A stretch of 64,000 nucleotides of DNA from Hemiscyllium ocellatum (Eukaryota): NCBI RefSeq assembly GCF_020745735.1, contig NC_083409.1, positions 15,905,873 to 15,969,872 of the forward strand, written 5' to 3'. The notes under the pieces are model-generated. The model made no database searches and was not told the DNA's origin. It saw nothing but the letters and a program-made list of their open reading frames with translations. The translations under genes were made by a program, and so were the position numbers. Shown here one piece after another: positions 10,413 through 22,429 of the stretch (positions are counted from its first letter, which is position 1; every line of letters begins with the position of its first letter).

Positions 10413-12074
10413 TGCTTCACTGTCCCTGATCAGTAAAACGTAAAGTGGGACTCTGCTTGGAGCTGACAGGCTCAATCTGCAGGGACCCATAGAGAGACAG
10501 TGCAGCTTTAGAAGTAGGGTACTGAGGGCTCCATAATGAAAATATCCCCTGTTATGATGAGGACAGTGCGTCTTCAACACCGTGTGATGGAATGGATGGG
10601 TGTTTGATTTCTCATCTCATTATCGTCCAGTTTTCAAAGAAAATGCTGTAGTCTTTGAAATGAGATTATCTATAATGTGTTTGTATTTTATTTTTGCAAT
10701 GCCAATTTTCATAAACAATATCCTGTTCCATTTTGTAGTTATGTTTGTCAATGAATGTTCGCTGAGATACTGAGAGTTTATACAACACGCCATTTGCCTG
10801 TGACCCAGTTGTTGGCTGAAGCCTCTGGTTGTTCGGTGAGTCCAAGCCATTGCCTTGCTCTCTGCAGTTATACCATCAACTTGGTTTCTCAGTGTGAGCC
10901 AGGAGATCACTGCATGGTGACTTCCTGTTTCACTGTTGGGGTAAAGGCAAGTGGGAACTGTCATGGTTAATCCCATCATGAACATCAGAACATTCTGCTC
11001 AGCTGGAACTACACTCACTGACTCATTTCTCTGGCCACCATCGCAGTAAAACCAAATCTCTCCCTTTGTCAGCACAAAGAGAAAGTGCCCGTCAGATCCC
11101 CTCGTGTGTGATGGTTTAGCCCAATAGGAGCAGCACTGGTAGACCATGCTGCATCAGCCTGGACAGAAACCTGGGCAACCTCCAAATGAAACTGTGATCT
11201 TCAATGGATCTGCTGCTACAGGAAAAATGTAATTGGAATCCTTGTTAATGAATCACCTCATCAAACCTAAATACAACTGAGAAAATAGAAACCAAACCAA
11301 TTTCCTAAGGTCACAACACAACAAGAAAGTGGGGAACAGACAGATACTGCTCCCTGTCTTTAGAGAGCGTTGCTTTTCCTATCCCCTCTCCCTCTCTGGG
11401 TTAAAATTTTTACCATCCTTTCTGTGTGAGAATATTACTGTTCCTGTCCACACTCTCTTGGGGACAGGTGGGGATGTCACATCCACCCAGTTCGTTTGTT
11501 CCACTTACTCTTCTGAAATGGGGAATCCCTGCTTCGCCATGTGTGTGAGCCATGTGTGAAAGTCCAGCACAGCTCACCCTTCATCTCAATCAGATCACTG
11601 GGCTCTAAGGTTGGTCAGTACTGTCTGGACCAGACAAAAGCACTGACTGACTGGAGACAATTCAGATCAAGTCCCAATGAGACTGCTATTGACCTTCACC
11701 CTCAAAGCCCACTGAGGGTGTGGTCATTAGACTCAGTGTTGTCACAAAGTAAGTTCTCCCAGAGATTCATGATCCATTCTAGATTTTACACAAGTGTGCG
11801 ATGCTGTTGGATGACAGGTGGGAAGGCTTGGAGACAAAACATAAAAGGAGAGAGAATTATATTTCTATGATGCCGTTTTTGAGCTTGGATGTTGGAAAAT
11901 GTTTTACAGTCAATTCAATACTTCCAAAGTCCAGGCATTGTTGTGATGTGGGAATTGTGACAGCCTGGGCAAGTCAGATCATATGGCAGCACCACCCAGA
12001 GACTGGAGGCTGCTACTGCAGGGAAGGGACAAACCAGTTGTGCTGTGAGGGAAGGACACTGGAGCACACAAGAA

Positions 12075-12445
12075 CATGAGAAATTGAAGCAGGAGTAGGA
12101 CTCCAATGACTGTCCATCCTTTCTTAAATACAGGGACCAAAATTGCACACAATACTTCAAATGCAGTCTCACTAACACCCTGTAAAGTTTCAACAAGATT
12201 TCTCTACTTTTAAATTCCAACCCCAGACAATAAAGGTGAAAATTCCATTCACCTTCTCAATTCCTTGCTGCACCTGCACTAACTTTCAATGTTTCATGCA
12301 CAATACTACCCAGATCACTCTGTACTGCACTTTTTTGGAATCTCTCACTATTTAAATAATAGTCGGCCTTTTGATTATTCCGAACAAAGTGCATGGTCTC
12401 ACACTTTCTGATATTAAATTCCATCCACTGTGTATGAGTGTTTCA
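12075..12445 (-). mobile_element. CR1-type LINE 3' fragment
   Basis: ORF 11915..12220 reads EFKSREILLKLYRVLVRLHLKYCVQFWS (CR1 post-RT region). Confidence 0.75.
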
Positions 12446-12569
12446 TTTTCAGTTTGGTCACCTCTTTGTGATTGACTGTCTCAATGCATCTATCTGTAGT
12501 GTGTCCCATTCCCATTTGTTGATGGCCCTGACACTTGATTGTCCAGCCCTTTCCTGTTGGTTCCATTCA

Positions 12570-15370
12570 ATGACAGGCAGGAGGTTGGAGGAACACAGCA
12601 AGTCAGGCAGCATCAGGCGGTGAAGAAGTTGATGTTTTGGGTGTAACCCTTCTTCAGGAATGGCGGTGAGTGTAGGCGGAGCTGCAGATAAAGCGGGTTG
12701 CTGGGGCAAGGTGGAGAATGGGGATACATGAAGACAGGCAGAGGACACGACCTGGTTCGTTAATGGAAGGAATGAATCTGTTTGGTGGCAGAGAGGAGTG
12801 GAAGAGATGGGAGGGGCTGGGGAGGGAGTCCGGGGATGGGAAGGGAAGGTGTTTGAATTTGGAGAACTCAGTGTTGAATCCTCTGGGCTGTAGGCTGCCC
12901 AGGCGGAAGATGAGGTATTGTCCCTCCAATTTGCGATTTGGTTCATTGCGGCAATGGAGGAAGCCAAAGATGATCATGGTAGAAAGGGAGTGGGAAGGGG
13001 AATTAAAATGGGTGGTGACTGGGAGGTCTGGTCGGCCCCTACAGGCCCAGCTGAGATGCACGGCCAACCACTGCCTAAGTTTATGTTTGGTCTTCCTGAT
13101 GTGGAGAAGACCACATCGCTGTCACCTGATGCAGTAAACTAGGTTGGAGGAGAGGCAGGTGAACTTCTGTCTCACCTGGAAGGACTGTTTGGGGCCCTGG
13201 ATGGAGGTGCTGGGGTTGGTGTACCAGCAGGCTTTGCATCATTTCCATTTGCAGGGGAAGGTACCGAGGGGTTCAGGAGAGATGGTGGAGAGAGTGGTGC
13301 AAACCAAGAACTGTCAAAGAGAACAGTCCTTGTGGAAGGCAGACAAGGGTATGGTGAGGAAGACATTCTTGGTGGTGGGGTCTTGTTGGGGTTGGCAGAA
13401 TAGGATGATGTGTTGGATACAGAGATTGGTTTGGGTGATAGGTGAGGACAATGGGCACTCTGTCTTTATTCTGTTTGGAGGGGCTGGGTTTAGAGCAGTG
13501 GAACAGGAAATGGAGGTGGTGCGATGGATGACAGAGGGAGCAAAAGCATGTTGTTCGAAATAGGTGGACATCTGGAATACCTGGGAGTGGAATGTCTCCT
13601 CATCTGAGCAGGTAGAGCAGAGGCGGAGGAATTGGAAGAATGGGATGGAGTTCTTGCAGGATACTGGGTGGGAGAATGTATATTCCGGGTAATAATGAGT
13701 TTGCAGTAAATGTCTATCTGAACACGGTCACTGGAGATGGGAATGGAGAGGTCAATAAAGGGGAGGGAGGTGTCCGAGGTGGACCAAGTGAATTTGAGGG
13801 TAGGGTGGAAGTTGTGGGTGAAGACGATGAACTGCTCCAGTTCAGCCTGGGTGCAGGTCACTGCACCAATGCAGTCATTGATGTAATGGTAGCAGAGCTG
13901 GGGCACAGTGCCTGTGTAGGCACTGAAGAGGGACAGTTCAGCATAGCCAATAAAGGGGCAGGGGGAGCTGGGGCCCATCCAGGTACTCATAGCCACCCCC
14001 TGGATTTAGAGGAACTGGGAGGAGTTAAAGGAAAAGTTGTTGAGGGTGAGGACCAGTTCAGCCAGATGGAGGAGGGTATTGGTGGAGGGGGAGTGGATGG
14101 ATCTGTTGGAGAGAAAAAAAGAGAGGGCCAGGAGGCTGATCTCGTTGGGTATGGACGTATGTAAGGACGGTCCATAGTGAAGGTAAAGTGCTGGGGGCCT
14201 GGGAACTGAAGGTTTCTGAAGAGATGGAAGGCATGGTTGGTGTCACAGATGTAGGTGGGAAGTGCCTGAACCAAGGAGGAGAGGATGGAGTTGAGGTAGG
14301 ATGAGAGGAGTTCGGTGGGGCAGGAGCATGTTGAGATGATGGGTCGGCCGGTGTAGTTGGGTTTGTGGATCTTGGGGAGCAGGTAGAACTGGGCAGTGCA
14401 GGGCTGGGGGACTATGAGATTGGAGACAGTGGAGGGGAGATCACTGGAGGCAATGGGGGCAGAGACAGTGTGAGTGATTTTGGCCTGATGGGTCACGGTG
14501 GGGTCATGGGCAAGGGGGAGGTAGAACGTGGTGTCAGAGAGTTGGGGTTCGGCCTCTGTGACATAGAGGTCCGTTCCCCAGACTACCACCTTTGTCAGTG
14601 GGTTTGATGGTGAACCGGGGGTGGTACGGAGACAGTGGAGGGCTGCATGTTTGGAGGAGGGGTGTTTGGAGAGGGTGAGGGGAGGTGGAGAAATTGAGGC
14701 GGCTGATGTCACATCAGTGGTCAGCAACGAAGAGCTCTAGGGTGTGTACACAGCTGGTGTTGGGGGTTTGGGGGGGGTGACCAAGTGGAGGAGGAAGGTT
14801 GGAGGTGGGAGAAGGGGTCCTCAGAGGGAGTTTGGGAGTTTTTGTTAAAGAAGAAGACACGGAGGTAGAGGCGGCAGAAGAAGAGCTCCACGTCCTGGTG
14901 GGTGCGGGATTTTTTGAGGTGGGGAACGAATGTGAGCCCTTTTCTCAGGATGGACCTTTTGGACTCAGAGAGTTCGAGGTTGTGGGGGGATAGGAAATAA
15001 GGGGCAAGGCTCGGGGTGGGGGACGAGGTTTTCAGGGGGCTCCGAGATGGCTGAAGGAAGGGAGGGGGAAAGGGTAATGGGAATGGGAGAGAATGGGTGT
15101 GGGAGAGAAAGGAGATTGGGGCGGAGGTGGGATGTGGAGTGAGGTGTAGGAGTGGGAAGGTGGGAATGAGGAAAGATGGAGAAGTGGAGGGATAGGGTGC
15201 ACTGTCGGGGTGGATGGGTGAAAAGGGAGAGCGAGTGTGCTGGCTGGCTTCAGGTAGGCAGTTGGACTCAGGGTGACTCTGGGAAGTGTAGTCTAAGTCT
15301 TGGTTGCAGAGTGGGAGGGGCCAGAAGTGGAGGCAGAGGTTGGAACGAAGTCAAGGATGGTTTGGGTTTT
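12570..15370 (-). mobile_element. Decayed near-full-length Penelope-like retroelement (RT + GIY-YIG)
   Basis: ORF pieces FYLLPKIHKPNYTGRPIISTCSCPTELLSSYL, AMSTWMGPS...YINDCIG, PIVLTYHP and LPVTTHFNS...KLEGQYLIFRLGSLQP. A degenerate hammerhead core lies at about 12625-12660 (3' end). Confidence 0.85.
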
Positions 15371-15382
15371 TTGAGCAGTAAG

Positions 15383-15597
15383 AAATGTTGCTGAAAAAGC
15401 GCAGCAGTTCAGGCAGCATCCAAGGGACAGGAGAATTGACATTTCAGGCATAAGACCTTCTTCAGGAAATCCCTGAAGAAGGGCTTATGCCTGAAACGTT
15501 GATTCTCCTGTTCCTTGGATGCTGCCTGACCTGCTGCACTTTTCCAGCAACATATTTTCAGCTCTGATCTCCAGCATCTGCAGTCCTCACTTTCTCC
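15383..15597. mobile_element. Penelope-derived snap-back (inverted) terminal repeat with hammerhead motif
   Basis: Arms about 15383-15467 and 15472-15557. Plus-strand CTGAAGA-A-GGGC-TTAT-GCCT-GAAAC-GTT at 15473-15500. Confidence 0.75.
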
Positions 15598-15609
15598 TTG
15601 GGTGTTTTG

Positions 15610-15905
15610 ACGCAGGTTCAATTCCAGCCTCAGGCAACTGTCTGTGTGGAGTTTGCACATTCTCCAACTGTCTGCGTAGATTTCCTCTGGGTGCTCTGGT
15701 TTCATCCCATAATCTAAAGACTTGCAGGTTAGGTGAATTTGGCCATGCTAAGTTACCCATAGTGGTCAGGGTTGTGTTGGTTAGGCTCATTAGTCAGGGG
15801 AAAAGCAGAGTAATAAGACAGGGGATTGGGTCTTGGGTAGGTTACTCTTCCAAGGGTCAGTGTGGACATGTTGGGCCAAATGGCCTGTTTCCTCACTGTA
15901 GCGAT
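15610..15905 (+). mobile_element. Older HE1-type V-SINE
   Basis: GGTTCAATTCC B box, GTGTGGAGTTTGCAC V-core and GGCCTGTTTCC..CTGTA tail. Confidence 0.8.
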
Positions 15906-16925
15906 TTTATGACAGTCCATTCCAGATTCCCACCACCTGTTGAGTGAAAAAGTTCTTCGCCAAATGTCATTTGCGGTGTCCATAATGAAATCTTTCAAAC
16001 CATTCGTTTTGTCTAGTGCCATTAAGCTCCTGAGCTCCTTGTTCAATAAATGTTTTATTCTTTTTAATAAAATATGAGTTCCCTGACAGGGACAGTTACC
16101 TTTGTCCAATCTGGGAGCTCTGGCTGACAGATAAAAAGGGGCATGTCAGAAGGACTGATACTCTGGGACCTGACTCTGAATAACAACCTGCCAACCAACC
16201 CCCTCCTTCTGTCACCCTCAATCTCCCCATGCTTACTCTTGTTTCATCTTCGATTCAGCTTGTGCTGCCTTTGGGAGAGGTTGGCCTTCCCTCCATCACC
16301 CAGGAATGTGGTCATCATCCCAGAGCAGTCACACTTTTAACCTGAGGGTCATCACAGCTGGGGCAGGGGGAGAGAAAGTGGCACCTTCATGGTGGTCATT
16401 CCTGTCATTAATCCACCGCAACCTCTCTTGGGGCTGCAAAAATTCAACCTCCCTCCCTCAGACAGCTCCCCTCCCTGGAAGGTAATATTTCTGCACCTTG
16501 TTTTGGGTTAATTAACCACTGAAATATGACTATGGGGAGCCAGCATTGGCTGGGCAGGCAGCCACGATTGACCCTGGATTCAGAAAGTCCCCTTGTAATT
16601 GGGCAACACATTAAGGAGCACAGTCTAGATTAGAGTAGTGCTGGAAAAGCACAGCAGGTCAGGCAGCATCTGAGGAGCAGGAAAATCGACATCTCTGCAT
16701 TAGGGAGCACAGTGCCCACTGCCTCTGAAATCCCTCCCTTACTGAGAATACACTCTCAGTATTCACCTTTCTCAGCTGCCATCTGAATTTACAATAAATT
16801 CTGTGTCCAATGATCCTGCCCCTCCAGCTACCTGATGAAGAAGCAGTGCTCTGAACGCTTCTACTTTCAAATAAACCTGTTTGACTATCAACTGGAGTTG
16901 CTGGATTTTTAACTTCGGCCTGGCT

Positions 16926-16959
16926 TTCCTGATGAAGGGCTTATGCTCGAAACGTCGAA
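16926..16959 (+). ncRNA. Minimal type-I hammerhead ribozyme motif, core intact
   Basis: TTC-CTGATGA-A-GGGC-TTAT-GCTC-GAAAC-GTC-GAA, giving a 3-bp helix I and a palindromic ACGT helix III. Confidence 0.65.
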
Positions 16960-17371
16960 TTCTCTATTCCTGAGATGCTGCCTGGCCTGCTGTGCTTTGA
17001 CCAGCAACACATTTGCAGCAGCATCTGAATGAGCTGCCATCTCAGACTGAATCAGCAGAACTGTTTTCCATTCTTGATTTGAGAAGATTAAAGCCTAATC
17101 TTTAATCCCCAGCACAAAGCCCATTTTCAATCCATCGCTCGGAGACACATACCTCAGAGACACACCTATAGACAGCACAGAGTAACACACTCACTCTGTG
17201 AGACAGGTAGCACTGAGGAACATGATCACACTCCATGCTGCAGATAGGTGTCTCCGAATGTGGGTCGTTACTGAACGCTGCCTGTGGGTGTCTCTCTGAG
17301 TAACAAATCCACACTGAGAGAGACCCCTCCAAGCAGCATTATGTTAAACACTCGCACTCAGAGAGGCACAC

Positions 17372-17600
17372 ATTCTAGATTAGAGTGGTGCTGGAAAAGC
17401 ACAGCAGTTCAGGCAGCATCCGAGGAGCAGAAAAATCAACGTTTTCGGCAAAAGCCCTTCATCAAGAATAGAGCTCTATTCCTGATGAAGGGCTTTGCCC
17501 GAAATGTCGATTTTCTTGCTCCTCAGATGCTGCCTGAACTGCTGTGCTTTTCCAGTACCACTCGAATCTAGAATCTGGTTTCCAGCATCTGCAGTCCTTG
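17372..17600. mobile_element. Snap-back Penelope-derived element with hammerhead motif
   Basis: Near-perfect palindrome with about 100-bp arms centred on GAATAGAG|CTCTATTC (axis 17473/17474). CTGATGA-A-GGGC-TTT-GCCC-GAAAT-GTC at 17482-17508. Confidence 0.8.
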
Positions 17601-18186
17601 TTTTTACCTCAGAGAGACACAGCTGACAATGTCAGTGATTGGCCGAAGATTGTTTCAGCAGCTACCCAACATGCAGCAGAGATTGCACAGTGCGATCCCA
17701 TCAGCTGGACCTGGACCAACAGAGTGAAGAGGGAGTGCATCAGATTGTACTTATTGAGTCCTAACAGCTTTCAGTTTCTGTTCTTTTTGGAATCTTGTAA
17801 CCTGCATAAATTCCTGATCAAAGGGATCATTTGAAAATGATTAATGATTGATGATTGCAATTGATTAACATGCCAACCAGGCAATCTTTACAATGACCTG
17901 CTGAAATGCAGCCAATCAACTGGGGGGCGGGGAAGGTCATCTATTTCCAAAGCATACACCAGACAGAGACTGAATCTTCACCTTTATTCCCTTTTCCACA
18001 TTCACATTGACAGAAAAAAAACTGCATTTAACAGCCCAGACAGAGGAAGCTGCTCAAATTCACAGCCACAATGGCGTTTAAGGAAAACATTTGTGGAGAA
18101 TTGCTCAATAACATGAGAATCCTGTCCCTTTAAACAGTGACAAAACCTTAAATTGGAACTGAGAGCTAAGCAGGAAGAAGATCTGG

Positions 18187-18192
18187 TTTATT
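18187..18192 (-). terminator. Probable polyadenylation signal of the kappa mRNA
   Basis: AATAAA on the minus strand about 320 nt after the C stop codon; a second one at 17985-17990. Confidence 0.6.
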
Positions 18193-18513
18193 GAAGCAGA
18201 GAATTCTGAGGTTCACATTGTTTTGTACAGCTGACAGTCTTCAGCAACTTCAAGAGATTTTACTTGGCATCACAAGTCAACTCTGTCCCCATCAAACACT
18301 CCCAGAACAGGGACAGCATGGGGTTTGACACAGCGTAAAGCTCCCTCGACACTGTTGCAATGACCTGCTTTAATATCCAAACCTCAGAAGTGTCTCTGAG
18401 CAGTCCTGAGAAGGAAGAGAGTTGAAATTCAGTGCTGACAATGACCTTTGTCCTGCCAGCTCAGCCCTGTTCTATTTAAAGTTGTGTCTCCTCTGTGGAC
18501 TGTCTCCAACACT

Positions 18514-18842
18514 CTAAACACATTCTGATCTCCTGATGCTCTTGCTGAGGGGAGAGGGGAGGGTCACGTGGGTGAGGGCACAGGAGAAGCGAGCGTTGGA
18601 CTCCCAGTCAGACCCAGAGAGGGTCAGCAGGCTGCTGACACTGTAGGTGCTGTCCGAAGCTCGCAGGTAGTTGCTGGTCTGAACCCCGTCCGAAATGACT
18701 GCACCGTCTTTCTTCCACTGCACCTCCAGCTCATCGGGATAAAAGTGATTGGCAAGGCACACCAGGGTGGCAGTGTCCTTGGCATTAATCTGCTCAGGGG
18801 AGGGGGGCAGCAGGGTCAGCTTGGGCTGAGAGTTGTCACGGA
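18514..18842 (-). CDS. IGKC: Immunoglobulin kappa (shark NS4/type III) light-chain constant exon, intact
   Basis: Acceptor TCTTTCAG|TC CGT GAC. Reads RDNSQPKLTLLPPSPEQINAKDTATLVCLANHFYPDELEVQWKKDG...YSVSSLLTLSGSDWESNARFSCALTH...RSECV*, with both domain Cys, the Trp, the terminal Cys for H-L linkage, and phase compatible with J. Confidence 0.97.
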
Positions 18843-21399
18843 CTGAAAGACAAAAGAAACAATTTTAATCCCTGCCTTTTGAAGGGAATTCAACCCTCAC
18901 AATATTCACTGGCAATACGGTCTTTTTGAACATTCTTAGTCAATACAGAATAAACCCGACAAAAGAACAGACACTGTTCAAATTGCTTCTTGCGATCTGA
19001 GTGTCACTGGCAGGGCCAGCATTCATTACCGTCTCTAGATGTCCCTGAGAAGGTGATGGTGAAGCAGCAGAGAGAGAAGGGACAATTTTGGACCATCAGT
19101 TATGGAATGAATGTGGGAAGCTGGAAGGGCTATCGATGGGGGAGCATTTTAGTGACACTGATTAGAACTCAGTGAGATTGAGAGTAGGGATGGAAATGGA
19201 GAACCATGGAGCAAGTGTAAAAGTTTTCATTTTACTAAACTGTGTGGTGCTTTGGTAAAAGTGGATCGGAACCAATGGCATGATGGGAAATCAGTGTCAG
19301 GGCAGTGGGAGCCCTCAAAGGATGAGACAGACTGTTCAGAATCTGTTCCCACAATGAGTAAGGGTGGGACTCCCAGATCTAGACCAAATGAACAAGAGGA
19401 TTGGGGTTCACGTACTGACATGGATTGGGAACTGGTTGGCAGGCAGCACAGAAAGAATGAGTCTTTTTCTGAATGGCAGGTAATAACAACTTAGGGTGCC
19501 ACAGGGTCAGCCCTTGGTACCCAGTTATTCATAATAAATAACAATAGAGTCATAGGGGCCCAAAAGACCCATCAGCCCATTGTGTCCATACTGGTCAAAA
19601 AACAACAACCCAATAATTGTCATCCATTTTTCCAGCAAAAGGGAATTAGATGCAATGTGTATTTAAGAAGGAATTAGATACAGTTCTTAGGATTAAAGGG
19701 ATCAAAGAATGTGGGGAGAAAGTAGGAACAGGGGACTGTGTTGGATGAACAGCCATGATCATATTGAAGGGTGGAGCAGGCCTTGAAGGGCCGAATGGCC
19801 TACTGCTGCTCCTGTGTTTGATGTTTCTATCTGTTTCTCAGATAATGAAGGAATGTCTCTCATCATGTTGAAGCTGGAAGTCAGATGGGTGTGGAGGTGG
19901 AAGATGTGGCCATGGTGATTAATGCAGGTCAGTAAGGTGGTTCAGAAGACACATGGGAGAAACTGTTTTTCTTTTTCCCTTGATGGAATGAGGGCATTGC
20001 TGGATCGGCAGCATTTATTGCCCATCCCTAATCACCCAGAGGGCAGTTTAGAGTCACCCACATTGCTGTGGGTCTGGGGTCACATGGTAAGGATGGCAGT
20101 TTCCTTCCCTAAAGGACATAAGGGAATCAGATGCTTTTCCTGACAATCAACGATGGTTTCATGGTCATCATTAGACTCTTAATTGCAGATTTTGTTTGGA
20201 TTGAATTTGAATGCCACCATCTGCTGGATTCTAACCCTGGTCCCCAGAACATTACCTGGATCTCTGGATTAACAGCTCAGCAATAACACCATTAGACCAT
20301 CACCTCCCTTATCTCATTTTTGGTTGACTGTGAAAGCAAGGAGTTTGTTTATTCTGGAACTGTATAAAACCCCAGTTAGAGCACAGTGAGAGAACTGTGT
20401 ACGGTTCTGGTCACCACATACAGGAAGGATGTGATTCCATTAGAGATGGGGACAGAGGAGGAGTTTGTCTGGAGTGGGGACTTTGAGCTTTGCGGAATGA
20501 TTGGATTGGCTGGGACTGTTTTCTTTGGAACACAGGAGGCTGAGGGGAGATTTGATGGTGGTGTGTAAAATGATGAGGGGCCTGGACAGAGTGGGTAGGA
20601 AGGACTGATTTCCACCAGCACAGAGGGCAATAACCATGGGGAGAGATTGAAATCAGTTGGGGCAGGATTAGAGGGGGGTTGAGGGTCTTTGTTTTCACCC
20701 AGAGCTTGGTGGGATGTGGGACTCACTGTCTGAAAGGGTGGGAGAGGCAGAAACCCTCATCACATTGAAAAAACACTTAGATGTTCACTTGAAACAGCAA
20801 AACTTCCAGAGCTATGGAGCAAGAGCTGGAAAGTGGGATGGAGCGTGGTATCTCTTTAACAAACCTCCGATTACCCACAGATCAGGAGAACTTTATCCAA
20901 GAACATTGGAGCAGACTCGGATCCACACACTTCAGGAAAGAATCACGTTGGGGTGTCTGAGTAGAAGATTCTAGATTATATTTCAAACCTTGCTGCACAC
21001 TATTGGGCTGAGGTCAAGGGTGAGGCTGCAAAGTGTCTCAGTGTCCTAGAGTCAGACAGGGTCACTGCTCCTAATGACCCCATGACTCCTGGAAGGTGAG
21101 AGTGCACAGACAATGGATGAGGATCCTGATCAGGAGACTCCAACCTTCAAGAAAGACTTGCACTTGTGTAGCACCTGGGTCCAACTCAGGGTGTCCCACT
21201 GGATCTTTCCAGCAGACTGTGCACAGCGAGATCCCAAACCCCATGTGATAATTAGCAGAGAAATACATTCTGAGTGATTTTGACTGGGGGATAAATATTG
21301 ACCAGGGACACCAGGGGGAACTGCCTGCTCTTCATCCAATAGTGCCATGGAATGGCATCTTTCACAACTGAAAGACTCTCAGTTCATCCAAAAAATGAA

Positions 21400-22070
21400 G
21401 AATAGTTCCTTGAAGATGAAGTTGCAGGTACATAGGGAAGTGACAAAGTTATTTGGTTTGCTTTCCTTTATTTGTCAGTGCATTGGGTATTGGAGTTGGG
21501 AGCTGTTGCGGCTGTACAGGACATTGGTTAGGGCACTTTTGGAATACTGTGTGCAATTCAGTTCTCCTTGCTGTAGGAAAAATGTTGCGAATCTTAAAAT
21601 GATTTACAAGGATGATGCCAAGGTTGGAGGGTTTACATGAAAAGGAGAGGCTGAATAGGCTGAGGCTGTTTTCCCTGGATCATTGCAGGTTGATGGGTGA
21701 CCGTATAGAGGTTTATAAAATCATGAGCGGCATAGATAAGGTGAATAGAGAAGATTTTTTCTCCAGAGTTGGGGAGTCCAGAACTGGAGGGCATAGGCTG
21801 AAGGTGACAGGGGAAAGATTTAAAAGGGACCTAAGGGACGTTTTCAATCAGAGGGAGTTAAATGTATGGAATGAGCTGCCAGAGGAGGTGGTGAAGGCTG
21901 GGACAATTACAACATTTAAAAGGCATGGGTATGTAAATAGAAAGATGTTAGAGGGATATGGGCCAAATGCTGGCAAGTGGGACTAGATTAATTTCGGATA
22001 TCTGGTCAGCATGGACGAGTTGGACCAAAGGGTCTGATTCTGTGCTGTCCATCTCTCTGACTCTAATTTT
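21400..22070 (+). mobile_element. CR1-type LINE 3' fragment
   Basis: LLRLYRTLVRALLEYCVQF, ERLNRLRLFSL and a typical 3' tail. Confidence 0.8.
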
Positions 22071-22429
22071 ATTTCAATCCAGCCCTTAACACATCAGGCT
22101 CTCCCAAAGACATTTACAGACAGTTTTGTTTGACAAGCAGTCACTGTTGCAATGTCAGTAACGTGGCAGCCAGTTTCTGCACAGCAAGATCCCACTAGAA
22201 GCAATGAGATCAAAGACCAATAATGATGTTGGCTCAACGATAAATATTGTCCTGAACTCAACCCAAAGAGAAAGGAATTTGGTTCAGTTGGATGGAAAAT
22301 GAGAAAATGGAAGGTAAAGGAGAAGGTAGGATTGCTGGTTAGTGATGGGATTGATTGTTACCAAAAAATAAAAGAAAGGGATGGAATTTTTGAATATCAA
22401 AGGGATCATAAAAGTGCAGGGAAAATCAA

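Noticed and set aside
13904-17692. CACAGTG heptamers 3' of C (13904, 16708, 17686) as a kappa-deleting-element partner
   Set aside because: No nonamer at 12 or 23 nt for any of them, and the frequency is compatible with background.
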